A stretch of DNA of 64,000 nucleotides from an uncultured Trueperaceae bacterium (lineage in GTDB: Bacteria > Deinococcota > Deinococci > Deinococcales > Trueperaceae): the NCBI GenBank assembly GCA_963815215.1, contig CAWFFU010000012.1, positions 34,177-98,176 on the forward strand. Direction: 5' to 3'. Shown here in pieces: positions 51,607 to 61,168 of the stretch. Numbering within the stretch: the first letter of the stretch is position 1; each line of letters begins with the position of its first letter. The notes beneath the pieces were generated by a model, which had not been told where the DNA came from, did no database searches, and worked only from the letters and a program-made list of their open reading frames with translations. The position numbers and the translations under genes were made by a program.

Positions 51607-52206
51607 ATGGACGACCGTGATCTCGACAGGTATCTAGAGGACCTCGGCATCAATATGGATGAGGAGGACGAGCAAGAGGCGCTCCTCCCAGAGGCCGAGG
51701 CGGAGGAAGAGGGGTACGAGACCCCGCTCGTGGTGCCCGCCGCTCCCCTCGAGGGAAGCCCGCGGGAACGCTGCGAGGCCTTCCTGGTCGATCTGTTGCT
51801 CAACTTCGATCCGACCTACGCGGTCGAGGTGGAGGAGGCGGACGACGAGGAGTTGCGCGTCGAGGTCTATGGCGGCGACCCCGGGAAGGTGATCGGCCGC
51901 GCGGGTCGCACGCTGGCGGCGCTCGAGTACATCACCAACGCGGTCATCAATCGTGACGAGGGTTCGCGTGTGCGCGTCTCCATCGACGTCGGCGGCTACA
52001 AGCGGCGCCGCGACGAGCGTCTGCGGGGTGAGGCCCGTAAGGCTGCCGCGCGCGTTCGCAAGACCGGACGCCCGGTGGAGCTCGACGCCATGAGCGCGGC
52101 CGAGCGGCGCGTCGTCCACATGGCGCTCGCCGACGATCCCGACGTCATGAGCGAGTCCTTCGGTGAGGGCAAGGATCGCCACGTGGTGGTGAAGCCGGCG
52201 TCCTAG
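51607..52206 (+). CDS. jag: Jag/SpoIIIJ-associated RNA-binding protein (KH + R3H domains)
   Basis: KH-like ...GKVIGRAGRTLAALEYI... and R3H ...MSAAERRVVHMALADDPDV.... It follows yidC, as is typical. Confidence 0.85.
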   Translation: MDDRDLDRYLEDLGINMDEEDEQEALLPEAEAEEEGYETPLVVPAAPLEGSPRERCEAFLVDLLLNFDPTYAVEVEEADDEELRVEVYGGDPGKVIGRAGRTLAALEYITNAVINRDEGSRVRVSIDVGGYKRRRDERLRGEARKAAARVRKTGRPVELDAMSAAERRVVHMALADDPDVMSESFGEGKDRHVVVKPAS

Positions 52207-52223
52207 GCGGCGTAGGATGAGCC

Positions 52224-53174
52224 ATGCTTGATCGCATCCGCGACGCCTGCGCGCGGGTGGCGGAGCGTGCACGCTTCGTAAGGGTGGCGAGCGACGTCGA
52301 GGACTACCTGGCGACGTTGGATCGGTCGACGCTGAGCCGGCCCCGGTACGACACCGACTACCACTTCCGAGGGGATCGCGAAGCCACCGTCGCCTACGTG
52401 CTGGTGCTCGACGCCATCAACTTCGGCTCGGGCTATTTCCCGAGCCTGCGGCTTCCGCCGGGGGGTACGGGCTACGCTGCCGTGGCGGGCGCGCTGACAC
52501 GGTGGTTCGAAGCGGTGGGACCGCCGTCGCCGGAAGGGCTGGCGCGGATCGACGCAGTGGTCGTGGCCGAGCTGCTCGAGCAGGACCTCGCGGATCCCCT
52601 TCGCGCCGAGCTCATGCATCTGTACGCCGGCGCCCTCGCCGAGCTCGGCGCTCACGTCGCCGCCCGCTTCGGCGGGCGCTTCGAGGCCCTGGTGGCGGCG
52701 GCCTCCCACAGCGCCGAGCGGCTGGCGGCCCTGCTCACGGAGATGCCGTACTTCCGCGACGTGTGGCGCTACGACGGTCTGGAAGTCCCGCTGTACAAGC
52801 GTGCGCAGATCACGGCGTCCGACCTGGCGTTGGCGCTAGAGGGTGAGGGCTACGGCGCGTTCAACGACCTCGACCGGCTCACCATCTTCGCCGACAACGT
52901 GGTCCCGCACGTCCTGCGCGCGGACGGGGTACTCGAGTACGCCCCCGTCCTGGCCCACCGCATCGACGCCGTAGAACGTCTCGAGGCCGGCTCCCCCGAG
53001 GAGATCGAGATCCGGGCGGTGGCGCTCCACGCCGTCGAGCGCCTGGTGACCGCCGCCCGCCGGCGTGGCTGGACGGTATGCGCACGCGAGTTCGACGTTG
53101 CGTTGTGGGAGCGCGGGCAGGAGCCGGCCTACCGCGACCGGCCGGCGCACCTCACGCTCAGCACCGCCTACTGA
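52224..53174 (+). CDS. queuosine salvage family protein (DUF2419 / QNG1-like)
   Basis: ...YVLVLDAINFGSGYF..., ...YKRAQITASDL..., ...LTIFADNVVPHVLRADGVLEY... and ...EEIEIRA... match the DUF2419 pattern (from memory). Confidence 0.75.
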   Translation: MLDRIRDACARVAERARFVRVASDVEDYLATLDRSTLSRPRYDTDYHFRGDREATVAYVLVLDAINFGSGYFPSLRLPPGGTGYAAVAGALTRWFEAVGPPSPEGLARIDAVVVAELLEQDLADPLRAELMHLYAGALAELGAHVAARFGGRFEALVAAASHSAERLAALLTEMPYFRDVWRYDGLEVPLYKRAQITASDLALALEGEGYGAFNDLDRLTIFADNVVPHVLRADGVLEYAPVLAHRIDAVERLEAGSPEEIEIRAVALHAVERLVTAARRRGWTVCAREFDVALWERGQEPAYRDRPAHLTLSTAY

Positions 53175-55171
53175 GCGCCGGCGGTGAGCACCAGGTAGCG
53201 CCAACTGACGGCCGGCAGGCTCACCCGTCCCCGGAAGCTGCGGCCGCTGACGGCGTCCGTCCACATGCCTGCCGGGAGCTCCAGGGGCAACGCCGCGGTG
53301 CCGCTGTTGAACGCGGCCAGCAGCTGGCCCGGGTGAGGTGCGCCGCGCAGGAAGGCCAGGACCGGTCCCTGGCCGCGGTAGGCGAGCCACAGTGGGTCGG
53401 AGAGGGCCGGAAGGTCCGCCTTCAAGCGGGCGAGGAGCGCGTAGTGCGCCTGCATGCCGGCGTCGCAGGCGTTCCACTGCACCGGGTAGCGCTCCAGGTC
53501 GCCGGCCTTCTGCCCCAACTGAGCGCACTCGTCGCCCTGGAAGGTGACCGGCAGGCCCGGCATGGCGTACAGCAGCGCCGAAGCCAGGCGCTCACGCCTC
53601 AGCGCCGACAGCGACGGGGTATCGCCCCAATCGCCGCCGCCCAGGTCGGTGAGCAGCCGCGAGGTGTCGTGGGAGTCGATGACGTTGAAACCCATGGCGG
53701 CGACCGCCGTGGGCTGGCCCATCATCCAGCGAGCGAGCTGGGTCTGCGCCCAGCGCCCGCCGAACAGCGGGGACGCCCCCTTGGCGTATTTCAGGAGCAC
53801 GTCCCGCCCGAGCGCGTAGTTCATGAGGCTGTCGAACTGGTCGCCCTGGAGCCAGCTCGGGTCGGCCGACCAGATCTCCCCGACCAGGTAGGCGTCCGGG
53901 CCCACGCTCTTGACGACGCTGCGCAGCGCACGGACGAAGGTGTGGCCGTCGACGAGCGCGTTGGGGGCGTCGACGCGGAGGCCGTCGAAGCCTACTGTGA
54001 GCCAGTAACGGGCTACTTCGAGCAGGTAGCGCTCGACGCCGGGGTCGCTGGTGTTGAGCTGCGGCAGGCTGGCCACACCCGACCACCCGGCGTACGCCGT
54101 CGGGTCGCCGGGCTCGAACGGCCAGCGGCGAACGACGTACCAGTTCCAGTACGGAGAGTTGGGACCGTAGCGCACCACGTTCCGGAACGCCCAGAACCCC
54201 AGGCCGGTGTGGTCCGGTACGAAGTCGAACAGAACGCGCATACCCAGGGCGTGGGCGCGGGCCAGCAGACGCCGCACGGTGGCGAGGTCGCCGAGGTGGG
54301 GAGCGACGTCGAGGAAGCTGCTGGCGTCGTAGCCGTGGGCCGACCCGGCGTCCACGATGGGGTTGAGGTAGAGCACGTCGACGCCCTCGGCGGCAAGGTA
54401 GGGGAGCTTGTCCAGGATGCCCTGCAGGTCCCCGCCGTAGTAGGCGTGGCAGCACAGGCTCTCGGGCGGAGGTGATGCCCACGAGGGCAGGACGACGGGT
54501 GGCGGGCCGCTCCAGCGCGGGTCGACGTTGAACGCGTCGCTGGCCAGTGCCAGTGCGTCGTTGGTGGGGTCTCCGTTGAAGAAGCGGTCGGGGAAGATCT
54601 GGTAGCCGACCCCGTGCGCTACCCACGGCAGGGCCGTGGCCACGCCGGAGGGGACCACGAATGGTCCGACGACGACGGGGTCGCCGGACACGGGCGCGAG
54701 CTCGATCCGGTAGCGACGCACGCCGACCGGGAGCGCGGCGATCCAGTCCGCGTGACCGTCCGCCTGCGCCTGCCGCACCATCGCGACGGCCGCGCCCGGC
54801 CCGGTCCGCGCCGGCCCGGTCCCGCCGGCGACGATCTGCACCGAGGCCGCGGCCAGCGCTCCGTCGTCGACGCGGATGCGCAGGTAGAGGCGGCCTTCGG
54901 CGATCGAGAGGTCGGTGGGGTCCGTCGGGACGTGCTGGAACCCCAGCGCGGCTACTGCAGGGGGCGTTGCAGGGCGGGTCGTCGCGGGCGGCGCCGCAGT
55001 CCCCTCGGCCCGGGCGACGGCGCTCGGCGCGCATGGGAGTGCGGCCGGCAGCAGCGCGGCCAGCAGGAATGCGCTCGTGAGACGCGTCCGAAGCGTGCGC
55101 GTGCGTAACGGGCGCGGCCGTTGCGCGCCCGACCCCGACGGGACCGGCGGGGGTGCGTCGCGACGCGTCAC
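53168..55171 (-). CDS. secreted GH13 alpha-amylase-family glycoside hydrolase
   Basis: Signal-like N-terminus. GH13 regions: YQIFPDRFFNGD, VLFDFVPDHTG, GFDGLRVDAPN, YLVGEIW and VIDSHDTSR. GTG start with GTGA overlap. Confidence 0.85.
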   Translation of the reverse strand: MTRRDAPPPVPSGSGAQRPRPLRTRTLRTRLTSAFLLAALLPAALPCAPSAVARAEGTAAPPATTRPATPPAVAALGFQHVPTDPTDLSIAEGRLYLRIRVDDGALAAASVQIVAGGTGPARTGPGAAVAMVRQAQADGHADWIAALPVGVRRYRIELAPVSGDPVVVGPFVVPSGVATALPWVAHGVGYQIFPDRFFNGDPTNDALALASDAFNVDPRWSGPPPVVLPSWASPPPESLCCHAYYGGDLQGILDKLPYLAAEGVDVLYLNPIVDAGSAHGYDASSFLDVAPHLGDLATVRRLLARAHALGMRVLFDFVPDHTGLGFWAFRNVVRYGPNSPYWNWYVVRRWPFEPGDPTAYAGWSGVASLPQLNTSDPGVERYLLEVARYWLTVGFDGLRVDAPNALVDGHTFVRALRSVVKSVGPDAYLVGEIWSADPSWLQGDQFDSLMNYALGRDVLLKYAKGASPLFGGRWAQTQLARWMMGQPTAVAAMGFNVIDSHDTSRLLTDLGGGDWGDTPSLSALRRERLASALLYAMPGLPVTFQGDECAQLGQKAGDLERYPVQWNACDAGMQAHYALLARLKADLPALSDPLWLAYRGQGPVLAFLRGAPHPGQLLAAFNSGTAALPLELPAGMWTDAVSGRSFRGRVSLPAVSWRYLVLTAGAQ

Positions 55172-57012
55172 CGTGCCTCCCCTGGCACGTCGGGCCGGAC
55201 GAGGGCGAGGCCGTGCACCCTGCGCTCCCCGGCCACGGCCGCGCCGGCGTCGAGGAGGTCGTGGCCGGGCGGCAGCAAGATGGTGGCCGGCTCAGGGGCC
55301 GCGAACACCCACACTTCGTCCTCCTGGTAACGACGGCGGTAGGCGAGCACCTGCGGCGGGTAGGCCGGGCCGCCCGTGGCGGGGTCGGCGCTGGGCAGAG
55401 GCGCCAGCCCGCCACGGCGCAGAGCCGCCGTCGAGTGGCGAAGGCCTATGAGCAGGCGCAGGTGGTCGCGTAGCTCGAAGTCCCACGAGGACCGGTCCCA
55501 GGGGAAGGTGGCGCGGCACAAGGGGTCGCCGCGGAAGTCGTCGTAGCTGTTGGCCTGGTCGAGGCCGATCTCGTCGCCGTAATACACGCTGGGGCTGCCG
55601 GGGAAGGTCAGTAGCACGCCGTACGCCAGCTTGAGGCGTTCGCGGTCGCCGCGCAGGCGCCACAGCGCGCGCGGGACGTCATGCGAGGAGAGGAGCGTGA
55701 GCATGGTCTGGCGCACGCCCAGTGGCAGGGCGGCGTAGTGATCCCACAGAGCGTGCCAGGCGTCGGTCGCCGTGACCTCGACGGGAGCGCCGTACACGTC
55801 GTTGCCGCACAGCCACTCCATGACCGGGTGGGTGAAGCCGGCGTAGTGCATGGACCCGTCCAGGGTGTGGCTACGCAGGGTCGGGACGGTGTCGAACGAC
55901 AGCTCGCCGAAGACCCAGGCCTCGTCGTTCTCCTCGCGGGCCACGCGGTGGATGGTACGCAGCAGCGCGGCGTTGGCGCGCGCCGTGCCCCCCTCACCGA
56001 TCTGGTGCGCGACGTCCAGGCGCCAGCCGTCGATGCCGCGGCGGAGCCAGTGCCGGACCGGGGCGTGGGCGCCCTCCAGGAAGCGTTCCCGCGCCAGCGG
56101 CGAGGCGTAGTCGATCTTGGGCAGGGTGTGTACGTCGTAGAACGCGGCGTAGTCGCCGCCGGGGCGGAACGTGAACATCTCCCGTTGCGGTGCCGCCGGG
56201 TCGGCGAGCGCGGCGCGGAAGTCGGCGTGCCGGTGGCCCGTGTGGTTGAACACGCCGTCGAGCACCAGCCGCATCCCGCGTCCGTGGAGCCCCCGTACCA
56301 GCGCGTCCAGGGCGGCGTCGCCGCCCAGGTGCGGGTCGACGCGGAGGTAGTCGACGGTGTCGTAACGGTGGCTGGAATCCGCCTGGAAGATGGGCGTCAG
56401 GTAGAGGACCTCGATGCCGAGGTGCTGCAGGTCGTCGAGGGCGTCGACGATGCCCCACAGGTCGCCACCGTAGATCTCGAGCTGACCCTGGCGCGGATCG
56501 GGCGGCTCGCCCCACGTCCTGGCGACGATCGGACGGCCGTCGAAGGTCCAGGTGCCGCTCGCCGGCGCGGGCTCGGAGCTGCCCCTGCGGAACCGGTCGG
56601 GGAAGATCTGGTAGACGGTCGCGCCGACCGCCCACTCCGGCACGGTGGGCTGCGCAGGGAGGTGGAAGAAGCGGTCGTAGCGGGGGAGCACGGGCTCGAG
56701 CCCGTGGCTGCCTAGGTAGCCGTGCGGAAGACGGAAGACGTAGCGCAGCGGGGACGCATGCAGCCCCACGCTCGCCTCGAGGCCGCCATCGACCCCGCGC
56801 AAGGGCAGCCGCACCAGCTCGCCGTGGCGCTCGAGCACGAGCCATCCGCTGGACTCGCGCGTTCGCACTCGCAGCTGGACCGCGCCCCCCAGCTCGGGCC
56901 GCAACGGCTCGACGCAGAAGGGCTCCCAGTCGTGGTACGCGCCGGCGTCGTGCGCTTCGGGAGCGACGGTCGCGTGCCGGTCCGTGCGCGCGCGCGCCCG
57001 AGAACCGCTCAC
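55168..57012 (-). CDS. cytoplasmic GH13 enzyme (neopullulanase/cyclomaltodextrinase-like)
   Basis: 614 aa counted from the GTG at 57012, which has a GTGA overlap with malG. YQIFPDRFRRG, LVLDGVFNHTG, GIDGWRLDVAHQI, WVFGELS and LLSSHDVPR. Confidence 0.85.
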   Translation of the reverse strand: MSGSRARARTDRHATVAPEAHDAGAYHDWEPFCVEPLRPELGGAVQLRVRTRESSGWLVLERHGELVRLPLRGVDGGLEASVGLHASPLRYVFRLPHGYLGSHGLEPVLPRYDRFFHLPAQPTVPEWAVGATVYQIFPDRFRRGSSEPAPASGTWTFDGRPIVARTWGEPPDPRQGQLEIYGGDLWGIVDALDDLQHLGIEVLYLTPIFQADSSHRYDTVDYLRVDPHLGGDAALDALVRGLHGRGMRLVLDGVFNHTGHRHADFRAALADPAAPQREMFTFRPGGDYAAFYDVHTLPKIDYASPLARERFLEGAHAPVRHWLRRGIDGWRLDVAHQIGEGGTARANAALLRTIHRVAREENDEAWVFGELSFDTVPTLRSHTLDGSMHYAGFTHPVMEWLCGNDVYGAPVEVTATDAWHALWDHYAALPLGVRQTMLTLLSSHDVPRALWRLRGDRERLKLAYGVLLTFPGSPSVYYGDEIGLDQANSYDDFRGDPLCRATFPWDRSSWDFELRDHLRLLIGLRHSTAALRRGGLAPLPSADPATGGPAYPPQVLAYRRRYQEDEVWVFAAPEPATILLPPGHDLLDAGAAVAGERRVHGLALVRPDVPGEAR

Positions 57013-58325
57013 TCCTTGACCGCCCCCGCCGTGTAGCCCGACACGAAGTAGCGTTGGAAGCCGTAGAAGACCGCCAGGATGGGGAGCGACCCGAGCACGC
57101 TGGCCGCCGCGAACACCCCCCAACGGGTGCTGAAGCTGCCGGTGGTGAAGTTGTACAGCCCGATGCCGACCGTCCACGACTTGACGCCGGTCAGCACCAG
57201 GCTGGCCAGCACGAACTCGGAGTAGGTGCCTACGAACTGCAACAGGAAGATGAAGACGAACATCGGCGCGGACAGGGGCAGCAGCACGCGCAGGAAGGCC
57301 TGCAAGCGGGAAGCACCGTCGATCATGGCCGCCTCCTCCAGGCTCGGGCTCAGCGATTCGACGTACCCCTTGAACACCCAGGTGCCGAAGCTGATCACGC
57401 CCCCGGAGTAGGCCAGCAGCAGCCCGGTGAAGGTGTTGATCAGGTCGAGGGTGCTGAGCAGGTAGTAGATGGCGATGAGGGCGAGGAAGCCGGGAAACAT
57501 CTGGATGAACACGAACACCATCAACATGCCGTAGCGGCCCGGGAAGCGGAAGCGCGCGAAGGCGTAGCCGGCCGAGGCGGTCAGCACCACCGCCAGCATG
57601 CCGGTGGCCCCCGACAGCAGCAGCGTGTTCCTGGCCCACAGCACGAAGTGCGACTCGGTGCTCATGCCCGTGAACTGCGATGGCGACAACGCCATCAACC
57701 CTCCGAAGAGCAGCACGGCGAAGGTGAGCAGGGTACGGTTCTGCCAGCGCTCGAGGCGGTGCGCGCCGGGGGTCCAACGCCGGCCCACGCCGAGGGCCAG
57801 CGCGCCGATCAGCAGCGCCGCCAGCACCGCGATCAGGACCCACTGCCAGGCGGGCACGACCACGCCCTCGACCAGCTTGGCGTAGTTCTCCAGGCTGGCC
57901 TGCGACAGGTCGGGCAGGACCTTGGCCCGGACGAGCAGGTTGCTGCTCTTGATCTGGCGGAAGCTGAACAGGTTGTTGCGGGGGTCGAAGGAAGCGCCGA
58001 CGACCTGCAGCACCGGGTAGTACACGACCGCGATGAGGATCCACAACCCAAGGTGCGTCACGCTCTGGCGGAACAGCGGCCACGCGGTGCGGGTCCGTCC
58101 GCGCGCGCGGTTGGCGAGGGCGGTGTAGATCAGGCTGTAGGCCAGCAACGCCACCACTGCGCCGGCCAGCGACAGCGTGACGGTGAGCCAGCCGTTGGCG
58201 ATGAAGACGCTTCCGAACGCCTTGCTGTGCGGCACGCTCGCCACCATCGAGCGGAACAGGAGCGTCCCGTAGACGAGCACGGCGAGGCCGATCAGCCAGC
58301 CGACGGCGCTGCGCGCGACCCTCAT
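57009..58325 (-). CDS. malG: maltodextrin-type ABC transporter permease (MalG-like, extended N-terminus)
   Basis: 438 aa with extra N-terminal TM helices. EAA loop ...LEEAAMIDGASRLQAFLRVLLP.... Confidence 0.8.
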   Translation of the reverse strand: MRVARSAVGWLIGLAVLVYGTLLFRSMVASVPHSKAFGSVFIANGWLTVTLSLAGAVVALLAYSLIYTALANRARGRTRTAWPLFRQSVTHLGLWILIAVVYYPVLQVVGASFDPRNNLFSFRQIKSSNLLVRAKVLPDLSQASLENYAKLVEGVVVPAWQWVLIAVLAALLIGALALGVGRRWTPGAHRLERWQNRTLLTFAVLLFGGLMALSPSQFTGMSTESHFVLWARNTLLLSGATGMLAVVLTASAGYAFARFRFPGRYGMLMVFVFIQMFPGFLALIAIYYLLSTLDLINTFTGLLLAYSGGVISFGTWVFKGYVESLSPSLEEAAMIDGASRLQAFLRVLLPLSAPMFVFIFLLQFVGTYSEFVLASLVLTGVKSWTVGIGLYNFTTGSFSTRWGVFAAASVLGSLPILAVFYGFQRYFVSGYTAGAVKE

Positions 58326-59683
58326 CGCGCCTCCTCCTTGAACGCGCCGGTGAGGTTGAAGTTGATGAGGCTGATGCCCACGGTCACCACGAAGATGATC
58401 AAGGCGATCGCCGACCCGAGCCCGTAGGCCGAGCCGCCCTCAGCGCGGAAGGCGGTCTTGTAGGCCCAGGAGATCAGGATGTCGGTGGAGTTGGCGGTCG
58501 CCATCCCGCCGGGGATCGCCGGGCCCCCCTGCGGGAGCAGCAGGTAGATCAGGTTGAAGTTGTTGAAGTTGAAAGCGAACGACGTCAGCAACACCGGAGT
58601 GAAGGCGGTCCTCACCAGCGGCAGGGTGATGCCGCGGAACGCCTGCCAGGGGCTGGCGCCGTCGATCTGCGCCGACTCGTAGAGCTCGTTGGGGATGGTC
58701 GACAGCGCTCCCAGGGTGGCGGTCATCATGAAGGGGAAGCCCAGCCACAGGTTCACCAGGATGATGCCGAGCTTGGCCCAGCCGGTCTGCGTGAGCCAGG
58801 GGATGGAGTAGATTCCCAGCAATCCCAGCAACCGGTTGACGGCGCCGAACTGCTGGTTGAGTAGCGCGTTCCACATCTGGATGGTGATGATGTTCGGCAG
58901 CGCCCAGCTGATGATCAGGGCGGTCCGGTAGAAGTTGCGGAAGCGCAACTTGGCGTCGTTGAGCACCACGCCCAGGACCAGCCCCATCAGGGCCGTGAGG
59001 AGCACGCTGGCGGCGGCGAACACCACGTTCCAGCGGAACACCGGCCACAGCGAGGTGGCGGCGTTCGACAGGATGTACGTGAAGTTCTTGAAGCCGATGA
59101 AGCGGTAGTTGCTGATCCTCGCGACGTAGAGCTGACCAGGCTGGGTCGAGGGAGCGAACGCCGGGACGCGGTTCAAGGTGAGCGTCGTCGGCCCTTCGCC
59201 CGTCACCGTCTGCCGCGCCCGGTCGTTGCCCCGGTACACCTCGAGCTGGGCCCCCACGCAGCTGTCACCGCACTGCAACGCCTGGTTCGGATCGGAGGGG
59301 AAGACCAGGGTGTCGGGCGCGACGAACGTCACCGCGGTCTCGGTGGCGCGATCGGGGCGCCCGTAGTTCTTGCCGGAGAAGTTCGTGAATGCCAGCGCCA
59401 TCGTCAGCACGATGGGGTAGACGGTGAAGGCGAGCAGGAAGAGGGTGGCCGGCAGCAGATAATACCAGTCGGAAAGGAACGGGAAACGTCGCCGGAACAG
59501 CGCCAGCATGGGCAGCAGCGCCAGCCCGGTGGTGAGTAGCAGAAGATAGTTCGGCAGGTCGTGAGCCCACACGCGGACGAGCCAGAACAGCAGCACGCCC
59601 ACCACCACCGCCAGGCCTACTGCGGCGGTGAGGGCGGCCAGCGCGAGCAGCAGACCGCGGAATCCCGGGGGATGTCGGTGCAT
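58322..59683 (-). CDS. malF: maltodextrin-type ABC transporter permease (MalF-like)
   Basis: 453 aa with a large periplasmic loop after TM3. EAA loop ...LYESAQIDGASPWQAFRGITLP.... ATGA overlap with malG. Confidence 0.8.
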   Translation of the reverse strand: MHRHPPGFRGLLLALAALTAAVGLAVVVGVLLFWLVRVWAHDLPNYLLLLTTGLALLPMLALFRRRFPFLSDWYYLLPATLFLLAFTVYPIVLTMALAFTNFSGKNYGRPDRATETAVTFVAPDTLVFPSDPNQALQCGDSCVGAQLEVYRGNDRARQTVTGEGPTTLTLNRVPAFAPSTQPGQLYVARISNYRFIGFKNFTYILSNAATSLWPVFRWNVVFAAASVLLTALMGLVLGVVLNDAKLRFRNFYRTALIISWALPNIITIQMWNALLNQQFGAVNRLLGLLGIYSIPWLTQTGWAKLGIILVNLWLGFPFMMTATLGALSTIPNELYESAQIDGASPWQAFRGITLPLVRTAFTPVLLTSFAFNFNNFNLIYLLLPQGGPAIPGGMATANSTDILISWAYKTAFRAEGGSAYGLGSAIALIIFVVTVGISLINFNLTGAFKEEAR

Positions 59684-59779
59684 CGGGGTCCTCCAGAGGG
59701 GCGGGCGGCGTACGGGAAGCGCCCCCGACCGGCGATCGGCCGGGCCGGGGGCGCTCGGAGTCCGTGCGGGGCCGGCGCG

Positions 59780-60982
59780 CTACTGCGAGCCGGCGATGCC
59801 CTTCTGGATCTGCGTGACGAAGTCGCTGGCGATCTGGGTGGTGTCCGAGTCCTGCTTGGCCTCGGCGAGCTTCAGGGCGTCGGCCATCGGGCCCCAGACC
59901 TTACCCATCGCCGGCACGTTGGGCATCGGGGTGCCCAGCGCGATGGCCTCCGAGAAGCCCTTGACCACCGGATCGGACGAGAGCTGCGCGAGGGCGGTGG
60001 TGGAGACCGGGATGCGGCCGCCGGCCTGGTTGAACGACACCTGCGACTCCGGCGTCACCAGGAACTTCGCGAAGTTGACCGCCGCTACCTTGTCCTTCGA
60101 GTAGGCGTTGACGACGACACCCTGGACGCCCACGAACGGACCCCACGGCTGCTTGGCGCCCGGAGGCGTCGGGAACGGCATGACGCCGAAGTCGAGGTTC
60201 GCCTTCTTGTAGTCGCCCAGCGCCCACGGGCCGTTGAGGATCATGGCGAGCGCGCCGTCCTTGAAGGCCCCGTCGGCCACGCCGTAGTCGACGCCGTCGG
60301 GCACCAGCCCGTAGGTGTAGCGCAGCGCCTTGATGAAGTCGAGCGCCTTGGCGCCCGCCGCGCCGCCCATCCCGATGTCGGAGGTGTTGGCGCTGCCGTC
60401 GGCGTTCTTGCCGAAGACGTAGGCCCCCTCCATGCGGAAGAACCCGTAGTTGAAGTAGGCGTCGGTCTCGTTGTAGAGGAAGCCGAAGGTGTCGCCGGTG
60501 GTGAACTTCTTGGCGATCGCCAGGAACTCGTCCCAGTTCTTGGGCGGTTGCGGCACCAGCTTCTTGTTGTAGATCAGCGCGACCGATTCGGCGCTCATGG
60601 GCATGCCGAAGAGCTTGCCCCCGTAGGTGAAGGCGTCCACCGACACCGGCTCGAGCCCGGAGATGTAGTTCTCGGTGACGTACTTGTCCAGCGGTTCGAG
60701 AACGCCGGCCACCGCCATCTCGCCCATCTGGTCCTGGGGCAGGGTGACGACCAGATCGGGTCCCTTGCCTTGCGGCGCGCCCAGGATGAACTTCTGCTTG
60801 ATGTCCGCGAACGGCACCGTAACGATGTTGACGGTGGTACCGGTCGCCTTCTGGAAGCTCTGGGCCGCACTCTGCAGCCACTGCTGCTCCGGGCCGCCGA
60901 AATGGGTCCAGACGGTGATGGTGCCTTGCGCGAAGACGAACCCGAACAAGGCGAAGAAGAGCGTGAACAGCACCTTCCTCAT
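59780..60982 (-). CDS. malE: maltose/maltodextrin-binding periplasmic protein
   Basis: Signal peptide MRKVLFTLFFALFGFVFA. ...ITVWTHFGGPEQ...GKGPDLVV... resembles MalE. RBS GGGGAGG. Confidence 0.8.
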   Translation of the reverse strand: MRKVLFTLFFALFGFVFAQGTITVWTHFGGPEQQWLQSAAQSFQKATGTTVNIVTVPFADIKQKFILGAPQGKGPDLVVTLPQDQMGEMAVAGVLEPLDKYVTENYISGLEPVSVDAFTYGGKLFGMPMSAESVALIYNKKLVPQPPKNWDEFLAIAKKFTTGDTFGFLYNETDAYFNYGFFRMEGAYVFGKNADGSANTSDIGMGGAAGAKALDFIKALRYTYGLVPDGVDYGVADGAFKDGALAMILNGPWALGDYKKANLDFGVMPFPTPPGAKQPWGPFVGVQGVVVNAYSKDKVAAVNFAKFLVTPESQVSFNQAGGRIPVSTTALAQLSSDPVVKGFSEAIALGTPMPNVPAMGKVWGPMADALKLAEAKQDSDTTQIASDFVTQIQKGIAGSQ

Positions 60983-60999
60983 GCGGATACCTCCCCTAA

Positions 61000-61020
61000 G
61001 GGATCTCCTGACGAGATCCT
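61000..61020. promoter_or_regulatory. inverted repeat AGGATCTC-N5-GAGATCCT in the malE leader (operator or 5'-UTR hairpin)
   Basis: Perfect 8-bp arms lie between the malE RBS and the -10. A tandem GATAAC GATAAC (minus strand, 61021-61032) sits at the predicted transcription start. Confidence 0.4.
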
Positions 61021-61038
61021 GTTATCGTTATCGCTTCA

Positions 61039-61047
61039 AGCATACCA
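61039..61047 (-). promoter_or_regulatory. extended -10 TGGTATGCT for the malEFG-amylase operon
   Basis: The minus strand reads TGGTATGCT about 57 nt upstream of the malE ATG. Confidence 0.45.
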
Positions 61048-61152
61048 AGCCGCTCGTGGCGCGCCGTGAGCGGATTCGCAGCGCTCCCTGGCGCCGCGGC
61101 GCCGGCCTCCGATGGCCGGGCCGGGGCATCGCGCGACGGGTCGGACGCGGCG

Positions 61153-61158
61153 TACACT
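61153..61158 (+). promoter_or_regulatory. -10 TACACT upstream of prmC
   Basis: TACACT, then 10 nt, then ATG (61169). Confidence 0.35.
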
Positions 61159-61168
61159 ACCGATCGCG

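Noticed and set aside
49731-51803. 690-aa ORF antisense to yidC and jag
   Set aside because: Low-complexity Arg/Gly/Asp/His composition, lying opposite conserved yidC.
57013-58083. N-terminal 357 codons of the 971-aa ORF 55168-58083
   Set aside because: This part runs through malG in another frame and is Arg/Pro/Gly-rich. The GH13 gene starts at the GTG at 57012, which overlaps the malG stop.
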